39,788 nt of DNA from IMG/VR virus record IMGVR_UViG_3300029412_000011; one strand, 5' to 3'. The stretch is from a virus. A program made the position numbers and the translations under genes. Positions 34,797 through 39,788 of this stretch are shown piece after piece (position 1 is the stretch's first letter; each line of letters starts with the position of its first letter). Under the pieces are notes generated by a model. That model saw only the letters and a program-made list of their open reading frames with translations. It did no database searches and was not told where the DNA came from.

Positions 34797-35555
34797 TTGA
34801 TAAACGTATTAAAGATAGGACCAGAAGATATGAGTTATACGAAAAATATATATGAATTTGATAATGCAATAGAGGTTGAGGAAAAACACACTTACAGATA
34901 CCGTTCTCCAGGCATGAAAAGGGAGAAGAAAAAGAAACTCACTCCTGCTCAGATGAAAGCTGTCAATCAGAAGAATAAGGAGAAGACCTGTAGAAGAAAG
35001 CTGAGAAAACACTTCGAAGAGAACGATTACTTTGTATGTCTTACATACGAAAAAGAAAAACGTCCGTCCGACATGACAGAAGCAAAGAGAGATTTTTCGG
35101 ATGCAATGAAGGTGATCCGGAGGGAATACGGGAAGGCAGGATACAAAGTGAAATGGATACGCAACATTGAGGTAGGAACCAAGAACGGATGGCATGTCCA
35201 TCTGGTAATAAACAGAATACCAGATACAGATTTGATATTGCGGAAAGCCTGGAAGAAAGGAAAAGTAATTTGCCAACTAATGTACGAAAAAGGTGAGTTT
35301 AAAGACCTGGCCGCATACATCACTAAAACTCCGGAAACGGACAAACGTCTAAGAGAGACAAGCTATTCCACATCAAGAAATCTTCCACTGCCAGAGCCAA
35401 AAAAGAAGACATATGTAAGATGGAAAACCTGGAACAAAATCAGGATTCCAAAAGGATATTACTTAGACGAGGAAACAGTACATGAGGGAAATAATCCTTT
35501 TACTGGTTATCCCTATCGAGAATATACCTTGCTAAAATTAAAGAGGAGGGAATGA
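34797..35555 (+). CDS. HUH-superfamily rolling-circle-type replication initiator (Rep)
   Basis: Motif 1 YFVCLTY, motif 2 WHVHLVIN (HUH), motif 3 LAAYITKT (catalytic Tyr-xx-K). Start is either TTG 34797 or ATG 34830. Confidence 0.7.
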   Translation: MINVLKIGPEDMSYTKNIYEFDNAIEVEEKHTYRYRSPGMKREKKKKLTPAQMKAVNQKNKEKTCRRKLRKHFEENDYFVCLTYEKEKRPSDMTEAKRDFSDAMKVIRREYGKAGYKVKWIRNIEVGTKNGWHVHLVINRIPDTDLILRKAWKKGKVICQLMYEKGEFKDLAAYITKTPETDKRLRETSYSTSRNLPLPEPKKKTYVRWKTWNKIRIPKGYYLDEETVHEGNNPFTGYPYREYTLLKLKRRE

Positions 35556-35556
35556 G

Positions 35557-35985
35557 ATGGAAGTACATATCTACATAGGGACAGACAGTAAAGCCCCAAG
35601 AGTACAACCCCGCAAATACGGATATGTGCTTGCCTGCACACTAAAAGGAAAACTAGCAACAAAACAGGGGTTCAAGGAAACAACAGGAACATACAATAGG
35701 GCTACCTTGGAAGCCATAACGGAAGCAGTAGCCCGGGTAGTAAAACAAAGTGAAATACATATCCATACGGAAAATGCCTTTATTCTCACAATGCTAGAAG
35801 AAAATTTAGACAAATGGGAACAAAATGGATATGTAACCACAAAAGGAGAACCAGTGGCAAATGGAGACTTGTGGAAGCAACTGAAAGAAAAAGCTAGGGA
35901 GCATCTGCTTTTGTCAGAACCGGGGAAGCACGAATACAGTATGTGGATACAAGAACAGCTAAAAAGAGCAACTATAAATTGCTAA
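35557..35985 (+). CDS. RNase H-like protein
   Basis: IYIGTDS..., TYNRATLEAITEA, IHIHTENAF and VANGDLWKQL parallel the RNase HI D-E-D-D segments. Confidence 0.6.
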   Translation: MEVHIYIGTDSKAPRVQPRKYGYVLACTLKGKLATKQGFKETTGTYNRATLEAITEAVARVVKQSEIHIHTENAFILTMLEENLDKWEQNGYVTTKGEPVANGDLWKQLKEKAREHLLLSEPGKHEYSMWIQEQLKRATINC

Positions 35986-36039
35986 AACCCGCATAAATCC
36001 CAAATAGGGGAGCGATTTTGAAAAGTAGTAAGAAAGAAG

Positions 36040-36070
36040 TTATCCACAGGTTTGTGGATAATGTGGATAA
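36040..36070. promoter_or_regulatory. Cluster of three perfect DnaA boxes (TTATCCACA 36040-36048; TGTGGATAA 36053-36061 and 36062-36070)
   Basis: Exact matches to the 9-mer consensus, one in forward and two in reverse orientation, followed by an AT-rich stretch. Confidence 0.65.
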
Positions 36071-36120
36071 TTAATAGAGAGGATGAAAAGGGATATTTGA
36101 TAAATTTGGAGAAATAGCTG

Positions 36121-36223
36121 GACAACCTCCAGAGGTTTTACATATTACAGCAACTTGTTAACGGTTCCGTGAGAACTATATGCCATTGATTCCTCCGGGA
36201 ATCCGGAGGAGAAAGGAATCAAA
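36121..36223 (+). ncRNA. Conserved structured leader element, copy A
   Basis: Shares AACTTGTTAAC, CTATATGCCATTGATT and AGAAAGGAA blocks with 37889-38010. Hairpins are GTTC-CGTGA-GAAC and CCTCCGG-GAAT-CCGGAGG. Ends at ATG 36224. Confidence 0.5.
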
Positions 36224-36799
36224 ATGTTTTTGAACCATAAAATTTTAAAAAAGTTATTAAAAGAAGCGTATAAGCATAGAACCCTTTATCTTGCTTGCAA
36301 AGCAGAAAGCTTATATATAGCAGCAGGATACTGGGAGATGGAATTTTTAAAAGAATACATTCCAAAAGAAACATTAGGGGATATTGTAGCACTTTCGGGA
36401 ATGCTTCCAGAAGATGGACAGCGGTATCAAGTTTTAGAATCAGGTAATCAGTTAGAGACTGGATTGCCACTTGAAATAGAAAGATATATGGATATGCGCC
36501 CAACAGAGGTGACAAATTGGTTAAATATTTCAAGTGCAAGCAGAATATTACGAGTATTGCAGGATGCGTCTGGTGAAACCAAATTAGTAGATGATACCTG
36601 CGTAAAAGCGGTAGACAGTAGTTATTGCGAAACAGAAAAAGGAGAAACAGCACCAGCAAGTCCTACTTATAACGAATGGTCTGTTGTATGGGAAAATAAT
36701 GTTGGCAAATTCAGAGTAATGCTTCACCGAATGGATGAAGATAAAGAGGGAGTATTAAAACAATTAGGAATGGTAGATTTGAGGAGGAATCCTGATTGA
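36224..36799 (+). CDS. Hypothetical replication-module protein (191 aa)
   Basis: ORF directly follows element copy A. No recognisable motifs. Confidence 0.7.
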   Translation: MFLNHKILKKLLKEAYKHRTLYLACKAESLYIAAGYWEMEFLKEYIPKETLGDIVALSGMLPEDGQRYQVLESGNQLETGLPLEIERYMDMRPTEVTNWLNISSASRILRVLQDASGETKLVDDTCVKAVDSSYCETEKGETAPASPTYNEWSVVWENNVGKFRVMLHRMDEDKEGVLKQLGMVDLRRNPD

Positions 36800-37122
36800 A
36801 AAAACGAAAGAAACATAAATCGAGTATATTACAACAAAAGGGAGAACCTTGTTACCTCTGCATGAAATTAAAACCAATGCAAGAGTGGAGACGAGCGGTA
36901 CATGAACACCATATATTTGGCGGTTCGAACAGAAACAAGTCGGAAGCGGAAGGATTAAAAGTTTATCTTTGCCTGGAACATCATATCAGTGGCAAGGAAG
37001 CGGTACATAACAATGCTGAAATGATGAGATTACTTAGAGAAGATGGACAAAGAGCTTTCGAACAGAAATATACAAGAGAGGAGTTTATGAAGATGTTTGG
37101 TAAAAATTACTTAGAAGAATGA
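36796..37122 (+). CDS. HNH-type nuclease-like protein (Ref / RecA-dependent nuclease-like pattern)
   Basis: Pattern CYLC...HEHHIFGGSNRNKSEAEGLKVYLCLEHH...AVHNN. ATGA-type overlap with the upstream gene. Confidence 0.5.
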   Translation: MKKRKKHKSSILQQKGEPCYLCMKLKPMQEWRRAVHEHHIFGGSNRNKSEAEGLKVYLCLEHHISGKEAVHNNAEMMRLLREDGQRAFEQKYTREEFMKMFGKNYLEE

Positions 37123-37904
37123 AAGGCGATAAAATGAACGATTTAATGATTTTTGAAAATGCAGAATTTGGGAAAGTACGAACTATGAATATCAATAATG
37201 AACCATGGTTTTGTTTATTGGATATATGTAAGGCTTTAGAAATTAAAAATATTAGTCAGCTGAAAACTAGACTGAATGGAGATGGGGTCATTATTAATGA
37301 GGTCATCGATAACGTAGGAAGAAAGCAAAATGCAAACTTTGTGAATGAGGCTAATTTGTATAAAGTTATTTTTCAGAGCCGAAAGGCATCTGCAAATAGA
37401 TTCATTGACTGGGTAGCGGGAGAAGTTCTCCCATCTATTCGTAAAAACGGTGGGTACATAATGAATCAGGAATGTATGACTCCAGAAGAAATCATGGCTG
37501 CTGGATTAAAAGCAGCGCAGAAGATAATTGAGAGTAAAGACAAAGAGATTCATCGCATGAAACCCAAGGAAATTTTTGCAGATGCAGTGGCTACTAGCGA
37601 GACTTCTATTTTGATTGGGGAGTTAGCGAAAATCATCAAGCAAAATGGAGTAAGCATGGGACAGAATAAATTGTTCTCCTGGATGCGTGAGAATGGATAT
37701 TTAATTAAACGCAAGGGCAGTGATTATAATATGCCAACACAAAAATCTATGGAGATGGGACTTTTCGAAATAAAGGAGACAAGTATTACAAAGCCAGATG
37801 GATCTACTCACATCACAAAAACAACAAAAGTAACTGGAAAGGGACAACAATATTTTATCAACAAATTTTTAAAGAATAACAAGAAGCGGACACACCTCTC
37901 CTGA
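37119..37904 (+). CDS. Bro-N / KilA-C (ANT) antirepressor-type protein
   Basis: N-terminal LMIFENAEFGKVRTMNINNEPWFCLLDICKAL indicates Bro-N. C-terminal ILIGELAKIIKQNGVSMGQNKLFSWMRENGYL indicates KilAC. ATG 37134 is an alternative start. Confidence 0.8.
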   Translation: MKGDKMNDLMIFENAEFGKVRTMNINNEPWFCLLDICKALEIKNISQLKTRLNGDGVIINEVIDNVGRKQNANFVNEANLYKVIFQSRKASANRFIDWVAGEVLPSIRKNGGYIMNQECMTPEEIMAAGLKAAQKIIESKDKEIHRMKPKEIFADAVATSETSILIGELAKIIKQNGVSMGQNKLFSWMRENGYLIKRKGSDYNMPTQKSMEMGLFEIKETSITKPDGSTHITKTTKVTGKGQQYFINKFLKNNKKRTHLS

Positions 37905-38010
37905 GGTTTGTACATACACATTGCAGTAACTTGTTAACCGCTCCATGTGCGAGCACGGAGCTATATGCCATTGATTCCCCGGCAATGCCGGGGAGAAAGG
38001 AAAAATAAAC
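37889..38010 (+). ncRNA. Conserved structured leader element, copy B
   Basis: Same conserved blocks as copy A. Hairpins are GCTCCATG-TGCGAG-CACGGAGC and CCCCGGC-AAT-GCCGGGG. Ends at ATG 38011. Confidence 0.5.
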
Positions 38011-38634
38011 ATGACAGAAAAAAATAACCAGGCAGTAGTTGCAGGAGAAATTATCTCTGATTTTGAATTCAGCCATGAGGTTTTTGGCGAAGGATTTTAT
38101 TTTGTGAAGTTAAAAGTGAGCAGACTTAGTCGCTCAAGTGATATTATTCCGTTACTTGTATCAGAACGGCTTATTGATGTGAGTGAATCGCATATAGGTC
38201 AGTTTTTGGAAGCTCGTGGACAGTTCCGTTCGTATAACAAACAAGAAGGCAATCGAAGTCATCTGATTTTATCCTTATTCGTGATGGAACTTGAATTCAT
38301 CGACAGTATAGAGAATCGAAATCCAAATACGATTTTCCTTGATGGATATATTTGCAAAGAACCTGCCTATAGAACAACACCTCTTGGAAGAGAAATTGCA
38401 GATGTGTTATTGGCTGTAAACAGGGCTTATGGCAAGTCTGATTATATTCCGTGCATATGTTGGGGAAGGAATGCAAGATATGCGGGTAATCTTTCGGTAG
38501 GAAGTAGAATCCAGTTATGGGGACGTATTCAGAGCAGAGAATATCAGAAACAAATTGGAGAAGGTAAGGTAGTTGATAAAGTGGCCTTTGAAGTTTCTGC
38601 AAGCCAGATGGAATATATCGAGGAGGAAGAATGA
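38011..38634 (+). CDS. ssb: Single-stranded DNA-binding protein (tandem OB-fold type)
   Basis: Two OB-like halves (NQAVVAGEI...FYFVKLKVSRLSRSSDIIPLLV and NTIFLDGYICKEPAYRTTPLGREIADVLLAV) and an acidic C-terminal tail YIEEEE. Confidence 0.65.
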   Translation: MTEKNNQAVVAGEIISDFEFSHEVFGEGFYFVKLKVSRLSRSSDIIPLLVSERLIDVSESHIGQFLEARGQFRSYNKQEGNRSHLILSLFVMELEFIDSIENRNPNTIFLDGYICKEPAYRTTPLGREIADVLLAVNRAYGKSDYIPCICWGRNARYAGNLSVGSRIQLWGRIQSREYQKQIGEGKVVDKVAFEVSASQMEYIEEEE

Positions 38635-38852
38635 ATAAATGGATACCAGTAACAGAAAAATTACCAGAAAGGGATGGATTATACATAGTGACATTTGACG
38701 GGGAATTAGTTGGACAGAAAGAACCGTTCGCAAGTACCAATTATTTTGAAAATGGTCAATGGGATGATGGAGATAGTGTTATCGCATGGATGAGACTGCC
38801 GGAGCCATACAGACCGAAAGATAATAAAGAAAAACCAGCATGGGGAGATTGA
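38631..38852 (+). CDS. DUF551-like small phage protein
   Basis: MNKWIPVTEKLPERDGLYIV...AWMRLPEPY matches the DUF551 pattern. Confidence 0.6.
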   Translation: MNKWIPVTEKLPERDGLYIVTFDGELVGQKEPFASTNYFENGQWDDGDSVIAWMRLPEPYRPKDNKEKPAWGD

Positions 38853-39043
38853 ATATTAGGCGATTTTATGAAGAATTCGAAAGGCGAGAGATTATGATAA
38901 ATCCGTGTACAAAATGCATCGAAAAGGACAGGTGCGAGGGAATGCAGCAGCCATGTCGGCAGGGTAAGGCTTACCAGAGATGGAAAGCTGGCTGCAAGAG
39001 AGTGGCGGAGCATACGAAACAGGTGAATAAGAGGAAGAAGTAA
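38840..39043 (+). CDS. Small Cys-rich basic protein
   Basis: Contains INPCTKCIEKDRCEGMQQPC. ATG 38894 is an alternative start. Confidence 0.45.
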   Translation: MGRLNIRRFYEEFERREIMINPCTKCIEKDRCEGMQQPCRQGKAYQRWKAGCKRVAEHTKQVNKRKK

Positions 39044-39046
39044 ATT

Positions 39047-39262
39047 ATGAGTCACGAATACAAAATATTAGAACAAATGCTTATCAAAGGACAAATAAGC
39101 CGCCAGGAATTTAAAGAGAGGATAGATGCTGAATACAATAAATTGGAGAAGGAGCTTATGAACGATGAGATCACACCGGATGAACATGTTGAGAGATATA
39201 ATGCTTTGATGGAGCTGGAGCCTCAGTCGTTCGGGTCACCGGAATTGCATGAGCATATATAA
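39047..39262 (+). CDS. Hypothetical acidic small protein (71 aa)
   Basis: ORF tightly packed after the previous stop. Confidence 0.55.
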   Translation: MSHEYKILEQMLIKGQISRQEFKERIDAEYNKLEKELMNDEITPDEHVERYNALMELEPQSFGSPELHEHI

Positions 39263-39371
39263 GCGGAAATTTACAAAATAACATGAAAAATAAGAGATAC
39301 TTGACAAAAAACCATTATACACAAGAAATAATAACCAGTTTATTTGTAAAGCAAAAGAAAGGGACGATAAA

Positions 39372-39599
39372 ATGAAGAAAGCAAAAACAATTAAAATTTT
39401 TCCTGCACCACATGTAGAAATTAGATTGCATGTATCTGAGGAAATGGAAGAAGATTTCAAGAAATGCTACTTCTCAGAAGGAATGTATAGTTGCAGAAAG
39501 TGCAGTTGGTGCAAAGTAAAAATGGAAGGTACAATAATCTGCCGTTTTAGCACTTTTAAAAGAGAGATGCTTAGACAACTTGGATTGGAGCAAAAATGA
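39372..39599 (+). CDS. Hypothetical Cys-containing small protein (75 aa)
   Basis: AAAGGGACGATAAA precedes the ATG. Contains CRKCSWC. Confidence 0.55.
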   Translation: MKKAKTIKIFPAPHVEIRLHVSEEMEEDFKKCYFSEGMYSCRKCSWCKVKMEGTIICRFSTFKREMLRQLGLEQK

Positions 39600-39673
39600 G
39601 TATAACAGAAGCAATAGTAATTATAGCAGCATTAACTTATACAGGATTTGTATTTTACATACTTAACAAGTGA
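39596..39673 (+). CDS. Possible 25-aa single-TM peptide
   Basis: ATGA overlap with the upstream stop. Product is MSITEAIVIIAALTYTGFVFYILNK. Confidence 0.25.
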   Translation: MSITEAIVIIAALTYTGFVFYILNK

Positions 39674-39788
39674 GGCGGTAGGATGGATACACGAAATCAT
39701 GAACACTACAAAGACAAAACGGCGCATGATGCGATTAGGGCAGCGGATAAGCCGCCGGATTCAGTAACAAGAACAATTAATGCTATGA
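39666..39788 (+). repeat. Terminal direct repeat, copy 2
   Basis: Identical to 1-123. It contains the start of the same ORF as 18..206 (ATG at 39683). Confidence 0.95.

Larger units (their letters stand above)
1..39788. mobile_element. Complete circularly closed temperate siphovirus-like phage (or excised prophage) genome; unique length 39,665 bp
   Basis: One contig carries contiguous packaging, head, tail, lysis, integration, immunity and replication modules. Exact 123-nt terminal overlap. Confidence 0.9.

Overview
This 39,788-nt window is a complete, circularly closed genome of a temperate siphovirus-type phage with Bacillota/Clostridia-like gene content. The first 123 nt recur exactly at 39666-39788, so the unique length is 39,665 bp. 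Gene order: small protein and sigma-like late regulator (18-723); an AT-rich two-gene cassette, a terminator and a tRNA-like element lacking an anticodon arm (885-2513); terS, terL, portal and MuF protein (2540-7687); Prp-like protease, scaffold, HK97-type capsid, head-tail joining genes, major tail, chaperones, tape measure, Dit, Tal and fibres (7937-23654); a diversity-generating retroelement (VR 23477-23586 at the 3' end of the 926-aa fibre gene, TR 23673-23780, RT 23945-25132); small XkdX-type genes, a secreted protein, a papain-like peptidase, holin and GH25 endolysin (25099-27929); two tandem large serine recombinases, a lipoprotein and an XRE repressor switch (28000-33767); and an early/replication module with HUH Rep, RNase H-like protein, a DnaA-box triplet, HNH protein, Bro/KilAC and SSB (34797-39673). 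Observations worth follow-up: (1) the uncharacterised soluble-plus-membrane two-gene cassette between the late regulator and terS; (2) the 57-nt tRNA-like element with acceptor, D and T arms but no anticodon arm, in the terS leader; (3) a roughly 100-nt structured element present twice (36121-36223, 37889-38010) with compensatory base changes in its hairpins, directly upstream of two replication-module genes; (4) a DGR with no visible Avd and a 2-nt insertion in VR relative to TR that breaks the TR-defined reading frame; (5) a phage Prp-like protease with a shared MNLRIFE pro-peptide motif on scaffold and capsid; (6) tandem paralogous serine recombinases. All family assignments come from motif recognition by eye; no database search was run.
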